DNA of 64,000 nucleotides, taken from positions 40,861 through 104,860 of the IMG/VR virus record IMGVR_UViG_3300024507_000282. One strand, given 5' to 3'. Positions 47,762-56,689 of the stretch are shown here, in pieces. The translations under genes and the position numbers were made by a program. The notes beneath the pieces were generated by a model that ran no database searches, had not been told where the DNA came from, and was given only the letters and a program-made list of their open reading frames with translations. The first letter of the stretch is position 1. Every line of letters starts with the position of its first letter. This stretch comes from a virus. Lineage: Duplodnaviria > Heunggongvirae > Uroviricota > Caudoviricetes.

Positions 47762-48118
47762 TGTTGTAATCCCTTCAAAGCGAAGGACTTCTGGACGCGG
47801 GTTCGACTCCCGCCAGGTCCACCATAAGGACATAAATTTACTTTGGTATTCATTGTAAATTTACTTTGGTATTGTGTTTTTATGATGGGCCTGCCATGGT
47901 TTCGACAGGGGTAGATAGTAGAGACGGCAACACGGTAGGCGATGACCGTAAATCAAGCAAAACTAGTAAATGCAAACGCATCTACATTTGAGTACTTCAC
48001 TGTTGAAGGCTTCACAGCCGACAATGGTCTAGTAGCAGCCTAAGAAACTGCAACTCCGGGGTAGGACTTACCTTGTAACCCAAACAACCAAAGGGCCTTC
48101 GGGCCCTTTTTTATTTTA
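47762..48118 (+). ncRNA. ssrA: two-piece (circularly permuted) tmRNA gene: acceptor piece first, coding piece second
   Basis: 47791-47824 T-arm GCGGG-TTCGACT-CCCGC + CAGGTCC-A-CCA; 47887 GGGCCTG pairs with it giving G3:U70; UUUCGACAGGGG tmRNA-like 5' element; tag ORF 47972-48043 ANASTFEYFTVEGFTADNGLVAA; terminator at end. Confidence 0.6.
48092..48117 (+). terminator. intrinsic terminator
   Basis: GGGCCttcgGGCCC + T6. Confidence 0.75.
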
Positions 48119-48127
48119 CCAAACACA

Positions 48128-48156
48128 TTGACAGATGCCCTGTCCGAGCCTATAAT
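48128..48156 (+). promoter_or_regulatory. perfect-consensus sigma70 promoter TTGACA-N17-TATAAT
   Basis: exact hexamers 37 nt before ATG 48193. Confidence 0.6.
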
Positions 48157-48192
48157 ACACAGTATCGCAGTTTTATTTCATAGAAAGATCAC

Positions 48193-49272
48193 ATGACCTA
48201 TTTCCTAAAGCAAGGTAGCACTTACCGAGTATCCAAAAAAGAAGCACTTGATATTCAAGAGAAGTTGCCGGCTGGTAACTATGTCGTTAAAAAGGACGAG
48301 ATGTCTGGGCAGTTGTTTCTTGAAACAATTGACAAGTTCGAAATCAAAGGCAAGATTTACGGCGATACAAACAAACGTGCCGACCGTATTCTTTATGCGT
48401 TTGAGGATCGTCCCAGTACTACTGGCGTAATGCTTACTGGTGAAAAAGGTTCTGGCAAAACACTATTGGCTAAGATGCTTTCTGTCAAGGGATATGACAA
48501 AGGTATTCCTACTATTGTAATCAATGCTCCTTGGTGTGGAGACCAATTCAATGCGTTCATTCAAAGTATTGAACAACCTGTAATTGTAGTGTTTGATGAA
48601 TTTGAAAAAGTCTATGATGAACACGAGCAAGAACAGATGCTGACTCTGCTGGACGGTGTGTACCCAACCAAAAAGTTGTTTGTGCTTACTTGTAACGACA
48701 AATGGCGTGTTAATAGCCATATGCGTAATCGTCCTGGTCGTGTTTATTACAGCCTTGAGTATAAGGGCTTGGATGCAGACTTCATTCGTGAATACTGCAT
48801 GGACAATCTTCAAAACAAAGAACACATTGAAAAGATTGTAGGTATTGCTGGTACGTTTGACCAATTCAACTTTGACATGCTGAAGGCATTGGTTGAAGAA
48901 ATGAATCGTTTCGACGAAACTCCGCAGGAAGCAATGACTATGCTGAATGCCAAACCAGAATACGGTTCGACTTCTCGTTATGCAATCAAGTTGGTTATCA
49001 ATGGCGAAGAAGTCAAAGAAAACAATTTTGAAGACAAGGAATGGGAAGGCAATCCTCTTAACAAGAATGTCAACATTTCTTACAAGGTTATTGAACGTGA
49101 CGAAGAAACTGGTGACGAAGATTGGGATTGGCAGGGTATCCGATTCACTCCGGACGAGTTGAAGAAGATTGATGACAATGGTACCAAGTACGTGTTCACT
49201 AACAAGGAAGGTGCAAGCCTTATCCTTACCAAAGTTAAAGAGAAGACTTACTCTTACTGGGACGCTTTTTAA
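48193..49272 (+). CDS. AAA+ family ATPase
   Basis: Walker A GEKGSGKT, Walker B VVFDEFEK, sensor-1-like LTCND. Confidence 0.6.
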   Translation: MTYFLKQGSTYRVSKKEALDIQEKLPAGNYVVKKDEMSGQLFLETIDKFEIKGKIYGDTNKRADRILYAFEDRPSTTGVMLTGEKGSGKTLLAKMLSVKGYDKGIPTIVINAPWCGDQFNAFIQSIEQPVIVVFDEFEKVYDEHEQEQMLTLLDGVYPTKKLFVLTCNDKWRVNSHMRNRPGRVYYSLEYKGLDADFIREYCMDNLQNKEHIEKIVGIAGTFDQFNFDMLKALVEEMNRFDETPQEAMTMLNAKPEYGSTSRYAIKLVINGEEVKENNFEDKEWEGNPLNKNVNISYKVIERDEETGDEDWDWQGIRFTPDELKKIDDNGTKYVFTNKEGASLILTKVKEKTYSYWDAF

Positions 49273-49367
49273 GCGCAAGGGTGTTGTAGAAATACAACAC
49301 CTTTTTTACGATTGACATTTCTTACTAGATCGCTTATACTAAAAGCCTAGTAAGAAAGGAGCCCAAA

Positions 49368-49559
49368 ATGTCCGAAGTTAGAGTTAGCACCCTGTACAAA
49401 GTCACCGTAACTGAGTACGAAGCAGGATGGGGACAGCGTCCTTGCCCAGAAGAAACCAAATTCTTCACTACCCGCGAAGAGGCCGAAACCTACGCAGAAG
49501 CCTGTAATCAAGGCACTTATGAGATCTATTGGAGAGCCCGCATAGATCAAATTGGTTAA
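49368..49559 (+). CDS. small hypothetical protein
   Basis: AAGGAG SD; 63 aa. Confidence 0.45.
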   Translation: MSEVRVSTLYKVTVTEYEAGWGQRPCPEETKFFTTREEAETYAEACNQGTYEIYWRARIDQIG

Positions 49560-49598
49560 TCTTGTGTCGATGGGTTCATATTTTGGACTCATCGACAG

Positions 49599-49627
49599 TT
49601 GACAGACCACAGTTCATTTGCTATAAT
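49599..49627 (+). promoter_or_regulatory. perfect-consensus sigma70 promoter TTGACA-N17-TATAAT
   Basis: exact hexamers; shows that the listed ORF start at 49599 is not the real start. Confidence 0.6.
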
Positions 49628-49667
49628 ATACACATACAGTAAACAACTAGGCGCAGAAAGGCTAAAG

Positions 49668-51830
49668 ATGATTATTAACAATGCTCCGCAAAACGAAGCA
49701 ATTTTGAGTAATGTAAGTGAAGTGGGCGAGTTCCGTATTCGCAACTCTGCTAAGGCATTTAACATTTTGAGTTCAGGCTTGTATGCTAACAAGATCCGTG
49801 CTATCATCCGTGAACTGAGTTGTAACGCAGTAGATAGCCATACTGCCGCAGGCAAACAAGATACTCCTTTTGATGTACACTTGCCCAACCAATTGGAACC
49901 TTGGTTTAGTATTCGTGACTATGGTACTGGTTTGAGCCACGAACAAGTTACAAACATCTATACCACATACTTTGAAAGTACTAAGACCAACAGCAACGAT
50001 TTTATCGGCGCATTAGGTTTGGGTTCTAAGAGTCCTTTTAGTTATACAGATAACTTCACGGTAACCGCAATCAAAGACGGCGTTAAAGGTGTTTACTCTG
50101 CTTTTATTAACGAAGCAGGTGTGCCTAGTATTGCCAAGATGGGTGAAGAACAAACCAGCGAACCCGACGGTGTCGAAGTTAAATTCTCAGTCAGTGACCG
50201 TTGGGACTTTAGTAAGTTCCAAGAAGAAGCACGATATGTCTACACTTATTTTGCTCTGCGCCCAGTTATCAGCGGTGTCAGCGACTTCCGTTTCCGTGAT
50301 GTAGAATATGATGCTAAGGATATCATTCCAGGCGTTCACTCATACACAGACGGACACCGTCGTGCTGTAGCCATCATGGGCAATATTGCCTATCCTATAG
50401 ATGTTCCTAACACAGAACAGGCTATGGGCGAATTGCGCCTGTTGTTGAACTGTGGTTTGGAAATGCACTTTGCTATTGGCGAATTAGACTTCCAAGCAAG
50501 CCGTGAAGGTTTGTCATACATTCCTCAGACTGTAGATGCCATCAAGCGCAAGTTAGAGGCAGTAAATGCTCAGTTGGCTGTTCACGTAGCCAAAGAAGCA
50601 GATGCTATTCCTAACCTGTGGGATCGTGCTATCTTCTTGACTAAGAAGTATCATAATGGTTTGTGGCAAGCGGCGGTTAAGAAGTATGTAGCAGACACTA
50701 ACCTGTCTACATTCGATGACAGCCGTTACGGCGGTACTAAGACTTTCAAAATGGGTGTTGAAGATCTTGCTAAGAAATACAACATCGTTATCAGAGGTTT
50801 TAACTATGCCAAGCACACTAAGGCATATCCTAACCGTAAGGCTGACACACAATACAGTGATAACAAGAACGCTCAAGGGCATTACGATATGTTTGCCTAC
50901 TGGGGCATTACTGTAGAGGACCGTGTACAGTTTATCGTTAATGATACCAATATCGGTGCCCTTGAACGTGCCAAGTTCCACTATCGTGAAACTAAGCCAG
51001 ACAATAGTGCTACAGTCTTTGTCTTAGATAAATTAAACAAAGACAAAGTCATGAACACTAAGGCGTTCTTTAAGGCTATTGCTAATCCTCCAGAGGATCG
51101 TATTGTAAAAGCCAGTTCGTTGTCGAAGAAAGAACGTCAAGTTGGTTTGGCAAAGAACGTTACAATCTTGTGTTTGCAAGAACGTGGCACAGGTGGCTAC
51201 TATCGTGAACGCGAAATGGTTTGGCGTGATGCTGGTAAGGCTGACAGTTTTGATGATGCTACTACTTACTACTACTTGCCTTTGAGCGGTTTTGAAGTTC
51301 AAAGTAAGTATGGTATGAGCAACGTCAAAGAGTTTTACAACGATTTGAAAGACTGTGGTTTAACTGGTTTGAAGACTACAATCTACGGTGTGCGTAAAGG
51401 CGACATTGAGTTTATTAAGACTCAAAAGAATTGGGTCAACATTGAAGAGCACATTGTTAGTGTTTTGAGCAAGCCAATTGATAATAAACTTGTTATGAGT
51501 TTGGTATTGCAGGCTGTTGACAATTTCAACCTGTTGCAGTATAATGAAAGCATCATGTTTAATGTTACTAACAAAAATAGTCCGTATGTTGAATTGGTAA
51601 AACAGTTCAAGGGCTATGAAAAGATTAAGTACAGTGAACAAAGTTTGAAGCGTTTGTGCAATCGTTATGCTCCTGGTGTAACCTTTAGTCCAGAAGCTCA
51701 AGTGCAGAAGTTTACTGATGAATGTGCAACCATTAGTAAGCGTTATCCGTTGTTGGCATACTTGCGTAGTGCGCCAAATCATGAAGTTGCTGAGTACGTT
51801 AATTTGATTGACACACAGAAAGGTGTTTAA
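49668..51830 (+). CDS. rIIA: rIIA-like membrane-integrity protector (GHKL ATPase fold)
   Basis: Bergerat N box IRELSCNAVD, G1 IRDYGTGLS, G2 GALGLGSKS; about 720 aa; N-terminus recalled as similar to T4 rIIA. Confidence 0.6.
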   Translation: MIINNAPQNEAILSNVSEVGEFRIRNSAKAFNILSSGLYANKIRAIIRELSCNAVDSHTAAGKQDTPFDVHLPNQLEPWFSIRDYGTGLSHEQVTNIYTTYFESTKTNSNDFIGALGLGSKSPFSYTDNFTVTAIKDGVKGVYSAFINEAGVPSIAKMGEEQTSEPDGVEVKFSVSDRWDFSKFQEEARYVYTYFALRPVISGVSDFRFRDVEYDAKDIIPGVHSYTDGHRRAVAIMGNIAYPIDVPNTEQAMGELRLLLNCGLEMHFAIGELDFQASREGLSYIPQTVDAIKRKLEAVNAQLAVHVAKEADAIPNLWDRAIFLTKKYHNGLWQAAVKKYVADTNLSTFDDSRYGGTKTFKMGVEDLAKKYNIVIRGFNYAKHTKAYPNRKADTQYSDNKNAQGHYDMFAYWGITVEDRVQFIVNDTNIGALERAKFHYRETKPDNSATVFVLDKLNKDKVMNTKAFFKAIANPPEDRIVKASSLSKKERQVGLAKNVTILCLQERGTGGYYREREMVWRDAGKADSFDDATTYYYLPLSGFEVQSKYGMSNVKEFYNDLKDCGLTGLKTTIYGVRKGDIEFIKTQKNWVNIEEHIVSVLSKPIDNKLVMSLVLQAVDNFNLLQYNESIMFNVTNKNSPYVELVKQFKGYEKIKYSEQSLKRLCNRYAPGVTFSPEAQVQKFTDECATISKRYPLLAYLRSAPNHEVAEYVNLIDTQKGV

Positions 51831-51831
51831 A

Positions 51832-52629
51832 ATGTTTCCATATTTGATTCAAGGCAAAAATATTGTTGTTGTAATTAACAACAATCCACATACAATTACT
51901 TCTACTCATATTGCCTATGAGAAAGTCAAAGAAGCAATTAAGACAGGTGACTGGGACACAGTACAGGAAGTAATTGAGCCAAAGAAAATTGTGCTCGAAT
52001 ATGGTGCTGGTAACATCGCTATCCAAGGAGACAAGTTCTACTGGAAGGGACAAGAGTTCCACAACACATTGGCAGATAGAATTATTTCTATGTACCAAGA
52101 TGGTTTCCCAATTGAGCCTATGGTTCAGTTTATGGAGAACTTGATGAGCAACCCAAGTCATCGTGCTGTTACAGAACTGTACAAGTTTTTGGAAAAGGGT
52201 AATTTGCCAATTACCAATGACGGTCACTTCTTGGCATACAAGAAAGTTCGTAAGGACTATAAGGATTGCCACAGTGGTACAATGGATAACTCTGTTGGAC
52301 AGATTGTTGAAATGGAGCGCAACCAAGTTGACGACAAGGCCGAAAACACTTGTAGTTCTGGTCTGCACTTCTGCTCACGTGAGTACTTGGACCACTTTGG
52401 TGGTGAACGTACAGTGATCCTTAAGATCAATCCACGTGATGTTGTAAGCATTCCTACTGACTACAATGCGTCTAAGGGTCGTGCTTGCCGCTACGAAGTT
52501 ATTGGTGAATTGGGCGTACATCCAGACGATGCTTTCAAAGCACCTGTCCAGGATGAAGCCTACACACAAGAGCAGTTGGATGCCGCTGTTAAGGCCGCAG
52601 TCGATGCCGCTCTTAAGGTAACACAATGA
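51832..52629 (+). CDS. rIIB: rIIB-like protein
   Basis: follows rIIA; NPSHRAVTELYKFL and CHSG..NSVGQIVEM..CSSGLHFCS blocks recalled as rIIB-conserved. Confidence 0.55.
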   Translation: MFPYLIQGKNIVVVINNNPHTITSTHIAYEKVKEAIKTGDWDTVQEVIEPKKIVLEYGAGNIAIQGDKFYWKGQEFHNTLADRIISMYQDGFPIEPMVQFMENLMSNPSHRAVTELYKFLEKGNLPITNDGHFLAYKKVRKDYKDCHSGTMDNSVGQIVEMERNQVDDKAENTCSSGLHFCSREYLDHFGGERTVILKINPRDVVSIPTDYNASKGRACRYEVIGELGVHPDDAFKAPVQDEAYTQEQLDAAVKAAVDAALKVTQ

Positions 52630-52802
52630 TTAGACTTTGGCTAGTCTTTGCAATCCTTGCCGTCCTGATCCATTTAGGTATTACTACCTGGAGGAAAATG
52701 GAGGGCAAGGAGCGTTGGTCATTGACAAAGTCATTGGCCTATAGTATAATTGTTTCACTGTTAGCACTAATGGTGATGACAGCAATCGTAATTTTATTTT
52801 AA
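52626..52802 (+). CDS. small 2-TM membrane protein (58 aa)
   Basis: ATGA overlap with rIIB stop. Confidence 0.35.
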   Translation: MIRLWLVFAILAVLIHLGITTWRKMEGKERWSLTKSLAYSIIVSLLALMVMTAIVILF

Positions 52803-52811
52803 GGAAAAACA

Positions 52812-53612
52812 ATGAAGCGTATTTTAACTCTCTCTATTCTTGCCGCCGCAGTTTTGGCAACGGGTTGTACTCGTATCGAAACTGGTGAAGTTGGTCTCCG
52901 TGTCGGTTTTGACAAGCAGGTCAAGAATGAGGAATTGCTTCCTGGTTCGTTTAACCAAACTATTATCGGCGATGTACTTACATTCCCAACTAAGGAAATT
53001 AGTGTCAAAGTTGAAGACATGACTCCATTGGCTAAAGATAATAGCACAATGAAGGACTTTGATGCGTTGGTTACTTATAATATCAATCAAGCACAAGTGG
53101 CCGAGATTTATAATACAAAAAATAAATCATTCCACGCTAGTCATAATGGCGATGTTTACTTGATGTATAATTACATCTTTAATGCTTCACGTAATGCTAT
53201 CTACAAAGCCGCACGTAAGTATGAAGCATTGGAAATGGGTGATGCACGTCAAGCAATGGAAACTGAAATCAAAGAACAAGTTACTCGTACACTGGCTGAA
53301 GAAAAGTTGGATGGTACTATTGTAATTGGACAAGTTCTTATTCGTAACATTGTGCCTGCAGACTCTGTTGTAGCCAGCGCCAACGAATTGGTCAAAGCCA
53401 AGAACGAGTACAAGACCGAAGAAGTCAAAGTTGCTACTGCTAAGAAACGTAACGAATCGATGCAGGCCAATCCGATGGCAATTCCATTGTTGAAGGCGGA
53501 GGCAGAAGCAGAAGCCATGCGTAAGTTGCCCGATGCTATTGCCAACTTCAAAGGTCAAACTTTGGTTATCAACGGTGTTGTAACTCCTACTGTTACTACC
53601 AACGGTAAGTAA
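52812..53612 (+). CDS. SPFH/band-7 (HflK/C, prohibitin-like) lipoprotein
   Basis: lipobox LATGC; SPFH-typical N-terminal block; Ala/Glu-rich coiled-coil C-terminus. Confidence 0.65.
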   Translation: MKRILTLSILAAAVLATGCTRIETGEVGLRVGFDKQVKNEELLPGSFNQTIIGDVLTFPTKEISVKVEDMTPLAKDNSTMKDFDALVTYNINQAQVAEIYNTKNKSFHASHNGDVYLMYNYIFNASRNAIYKAARKYEALEMGDARQAMETEIKEQVTRTLAEEKLDGTIVIGQVLIRNIVPADSVVASANELVKAKNEYKTEEVKVATAKKRNESMQANPMAIPLLKAEAEAEAMRKLPDAIANFKGQTLVINGVVTPTVTTNGK

Positions 53613-53613
53613 T

Positions 53614-53823
53614 ATGTTAAAACGTTTACTTTGGCAACGCAGTGGCGGACATTACCTCTTTTGGCTGTCCGCCATTTATCTAGTAGTTGGCTTTGCTAAC
53701 ATTGCCTACAAATTTACAGAAGCAGAATACATCCAAATGGTTTGGATTCTTTGCTTAATGATTCCGCTGGTAGTTAAACCCGTAGCACGTTGGCTCAACA
53801 TGACTACAATTTGGGAACGATAA
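53614..53823 (+). CDS. small 2-TM membrane protein
   Basis: ATGT coupling; 69 aa hydrophobic. Confidence 0.4.
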   Translation: MLKRLLWQRSGGHYLFWLSAIYLVVGFANIAYKFTEAEYIQMVWILCLMIPLVVKPVARWLNMTTIWER

Positions 53824-53824
53824 T

Positions 53825-53898
53825 GCGCTTGAAGCTCAATGGATAGGCAGGGACTTCTAAACTCCCGATAGCAGGTTCGATTCCTGTCTAGCGCACCA
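53825..53898 (+). tRNA. isolated tRNA whose anticodon loop TTCTAAA gives anticodon CUA (amber-suppressor-like); identity uncertain
   Basis: acceptor GCGCTTG/CTAGCGC (one U.U), 3-bp D stem, AC stem GGGAC/CTCCC with C.C closing pair, T-arm GCAGG-TTCGATT-CCTGT, CCA encoded. Confidence 0.5.
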
Positions 53899-53919
53899 TT
53901 TTTAAGAAAGAGAAGTAGT

Positions 53920-54168
53920 ATGGATATGGATCAGGCGGCAGTATTTTTAGCCGGATCAGTTTTAACAGTTTTAGGATTCTTGATAATCCTAGGCGGTATT
54001 CTTATCGCTAATAACTTAGTTGCCAAATATTGGAAGTCGTGGGGTTGGTCATGGATGCCACATTGGGCACATGAACCACAACGGTTTATGACACAAGAAG
54101 AATCTGAAAAGATTCCGCCATATATGAAAGACAATCATGGCAAAGAAGAAACAAGCAAAACAGTTTAA
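53920..54168 (+). CDS. small membrane protein
   Basis: N-terminal TM then Trp-rich segment. Confidence 0.45.
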   Translation: MDMDQAAVFLAGSVLTVLGFLIILGGILIANNLVAKYWKSWGWSWMPHWAHEPQRFMTQEESEKIPPYMKDNHGKEETSKTV

Positions 54169-54361
54169 CTACGCAGTAGGACATTACTGGGAAGGCGAAA
54201 CCGGCTCGGTAGGAACTTATGCTTACGGTAATGACATCTTCTACGGTACTATGGAACAGGCACAGAGCTTCTTGAAGTATGTTCAGGAAGAGAACAAGAA
54301 GAAAAAAGTGGCTGATCGCAGAGATTGGAGAATTTTTCAACTGATCGAAGTGCCGATATAA
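54137..54361 (+). CDS. small hypothetical protein
   Basis: 74 aa ORF overlapping previous by 32 nt. Confidence 0.35.
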   Translation: MAKKKQAKQFNYAVGHYWEGETGSVGTYAYGNDIFYGTMEQAQSFLKYVQEENKKKKVADRRDWRIFQLIEVPI

Positions 54362-54364
54362 ATA
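54357..54364 (+). promoter_or_regulatory. T4-type late promoter box TATAAATA
   Basis: exact octamer overlapping upstream stop, 77 nt before ATG 54441. Confidence 0.45.
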
Positions 54365-54440
54365 AATTTGTAGGGTGGTCCTACACTAACACTCTTTAAT
54401 AACTAGGCGTTTAGAGTGTACGCCGTAAAAAGGAAGAACC

Positions 54441-55199
54441 ATGATGTATAATCAAAAACTAGTAGCCTCTATCAAATCAAAAGGCAAAGTGCTCCGTGAA
54501 TTCAAGGACACAGTCTATATTCCGTTCGCTAGCGAATATAGTATCTTACTCAAAAATCTTAATACAACTCGTGCTGTCGTAAATGTGTTTATCGACGGAG
54601 AGAATGTCGTCCCTGGCGGATTGGTCATTGACCCGGGTCGGACTGTCGACTTAGAGCGTTGGATTAAAAACGGCAATCTCTCCGAAGGTAACAAGTTTAA
54701 GTTTATCGAACGCACAAGTGCAATTGAAGATGGTCCACGTGGTATCAAACTAGAAGACGGGTTAATCCGTGTTGAATATCAATTTGAAATTCCACGCCCT
54801 ATTCTAAACATTCCTACTTGGAGCTCAACTACTCTTACTAGGGGTATTAGTGGTAGTACAGGAGATTGGGCAAGCCCGATGGGTGCTACTTACTCTACCA
54901 ATGCCAGTCTTAACAGTATGAATGTAACAGCAAGTGCCGCAAGTTTTAAAAATGAAACCGGCATTACTGTTCCAGGTAGCAAGTCCACTCAGTCATTCCA
55001 ACATGTCACAGTTGGCGCACTAGAATCTACAGTACACAATATTGTGCTGAGACTAGTAGGCGACTTGGGAGATAACAAACCTGTTGAAAAGGCAGTGACA
55101 GTTAAAGCCAAACCAAAATGCGTAACTTGCGGCAAGCAGAATAAAGCTCACGCTAAGTTCTGTTCAGAATGCGGTACTGCATTAGAAATATTTGCGTAA
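54441..55199 (+). CDS. late protein with C-terminal zinc ribbon (structural candidate)
   Basis: AAAAGGAAG SD; late box upstream; CVTCGKQNKAHAKFCSECG at C-terminus. Confidence 0.5.
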   Translation: MMYNQKLVASIKSKGKVLREFKDTVYIPFASEYSILLKNLNTTRAVVNVFIDGENVVPGGLVIDPGRTVDLERWIKNGNLSEGNKFKFIERTSAIEDGPRGIKLEDGLIRVEYQFEIPRPILNIPTWSSTTLTRGISGSTGDWASPMGATYSTNASLNSMNVTASAASFKNETGITVPGSKSTQSFQHVTVGALESTVHNIVLRLVGDLGDNKPVEKAVTVKAKPKCVTCGKQNKAHAKFCSECGTALEIFA

Positions 55200-55280
55200 A
55201 TAAAAACACGGGGGGTGAAAGTCCCCCTTTAACTAAAGGAAACGAAAATGAAATAGATTGAATATGCTTGTAAGGACCTA

Positions 55281-55820
55281 GTGTTCCATTTTAACAAAAA
55301 ACACTTAGAAGATCAGACCATACCTATGTGGGTCTTAAAATTTCATGGGGAGACATTATATGTCAATCACGTAGACTGTACAGTTGCTTGGAGCACCAAG
55401 GAAACACCAGACAACAGTCATACAAAAGGTAGCATTAAAGTCAAGAACGTACTATTACGTGTCGACGATGAAAACAATGCTCAAATCTCCGAACTCACGT
55501 TAATAGATAAATTTAGACTACGTAACCAAAAGTTAGGTATTACTAGAATTATGTTTAGACCTCATAGCGAAATGCACAAAGCATTGTTGGCTAACGAATA
55601 CAAGCACGGTCCTATGAAATACATTCAAGGTAGATGTACTAGTACATTTATTATTTGTGATCTTTTGGATAGGAAACAAGTAACGTTCGCCCAACTCAAG
55701 TATGATGATTGGAGAGAAGTTAAACCAAACGAGTCGTACTACACACAATACGATGACACTAAAGGATCCAATTTACATGTCGACTATGGACACCCAAGTA
55801 CACCGTTTGAATATAGTTGA
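55281..55820 (+). CDS. hypothetical protein (GTG start; start uncertain)
   Basis: 179 aa ORF; ATG 55326 possible alternative. Confidence 0.4.
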   Translation: MFHFNKKHLEDQTIPMWVLKFHGETLYVNHVDCTVAWSTKETPDNSHTKGSIKVKNVLLRVDDENNAQISELTLIDKFRLRNQKLGITRIMFRPHSEMHKALLANEYKHGPMKYIQGRCTSTFIICDLLDRKQVTFAQLKYDDWREVKPNESYYTQYDDTKGSNLHVDYGHPSTPFEYS

Positions 55821-55955
55821 TTTGGCACTAAAATATATTGACTACTGATTTACACTTATATATACTATACAAAGTGATTTAGTATAATCGCTTTTAATTG
55901 CCGTACGGAAGGTATGTAAATTTGCCGTACGGTTTACACATAAGGAAAATTTAAA

Positions 55956-56516
55956 ATGAAAAAATTTGTTATTGCAACTCTGTTTGCCGCTGTTGCCGGT
56001 GTCGCTTCTGCGGCAGGTAACGTAGTTGGATTGGAATATAAATTCGAAGATCCACGTGGCACAGGAGCCAACCAACAAGGTTATGAGTTTACTATCGGTA
56101 CACAAGCCGCATCAAATGTTGGTGTTGACCTAAAAGGTGAAAACATGTACACAAATGGTAACGGTGCAAACTCTAGTAAACTAGAAGTTGGTGTTACTCC
56201 AACAGTTGGTATTACAGACAAACTAAGCGGATATGTTCGCGGTGCAGTCGGTGAGAAATGGCAAGTTGGTAATCGTTTCGATTACTACTCTGTTGAACCA
56301 GGTGTTAAGATTGCAGTTAATGATCGTTTTGGTCTAAGAGCTGGTTATCGTTATCGTACTGGTTTCTCCAGTGGCGACAACTACATGACACGCACTTGGA
56401 GAATTGGTGCTGACTACGGTGTTACTAAAAATGGTACAGCCTTTCTTGGATTTGATCGCCAGGAAGGTGATATCAACAGTAACGTAGTAAGTGTTGGTTA
56501 CAAGTACGGTTTCTAA
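55956..56516 (+). CDS. outer-membrane beta-barrel protein (OmpA/OmpW-like)
   Basis: signal peptide; alternating beta pattern; C-terminal YKYGF aromatic terminus. Confidence 0.6.
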   Translation: MKKFVIATLFAAVAGVASAAGNVVGLEYKFEDPRGTGANQQGYEFTIGTQAASNVGVDLKGENMYTNGNGANSSKLEVGVTPTVGITDKLSGYVRGAVGEKWQVGNRFDYYSVEPGVKIAVNDRFGLRAGYRYRTGFSSGDNYMTRTWRIGADYGVTKNGTAFLGFDRQEGDINSNVVSVGYKYGF

Positions 56517-56532
56517 TCAAACCAAAATTAAT

Positions 56533-56558
56533 AAAGGGCCTTCGGGCCCTTTTGTTAT
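56533..56558 (+). terminator. intrinsic terminator
   Basis: GGGCCttcgGGCCC + TTTTGTT. Confidence 0.7.
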
Positions 56559-56604
56559 TGAAAAAACCTATAAGCGTTATTAAAATAATTATTGGAAAAA
56601 CCTA

Positions 56605-56634
56605 TTGATTTTGCATTTTAATAGGATATATAAT
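56605..56634 (+). promoter_or_regulatory. sigma70-like promoter TTGATT-N18-TATAAT
   Basis: hexamers 56 nt before ahpC ATG. Confidence 0.45.
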
Positions 56635-56689
56635 ATACACATACAACGAAGAGTTGTTATAGTTTTCAAACACACACAAGGAGAAACAA

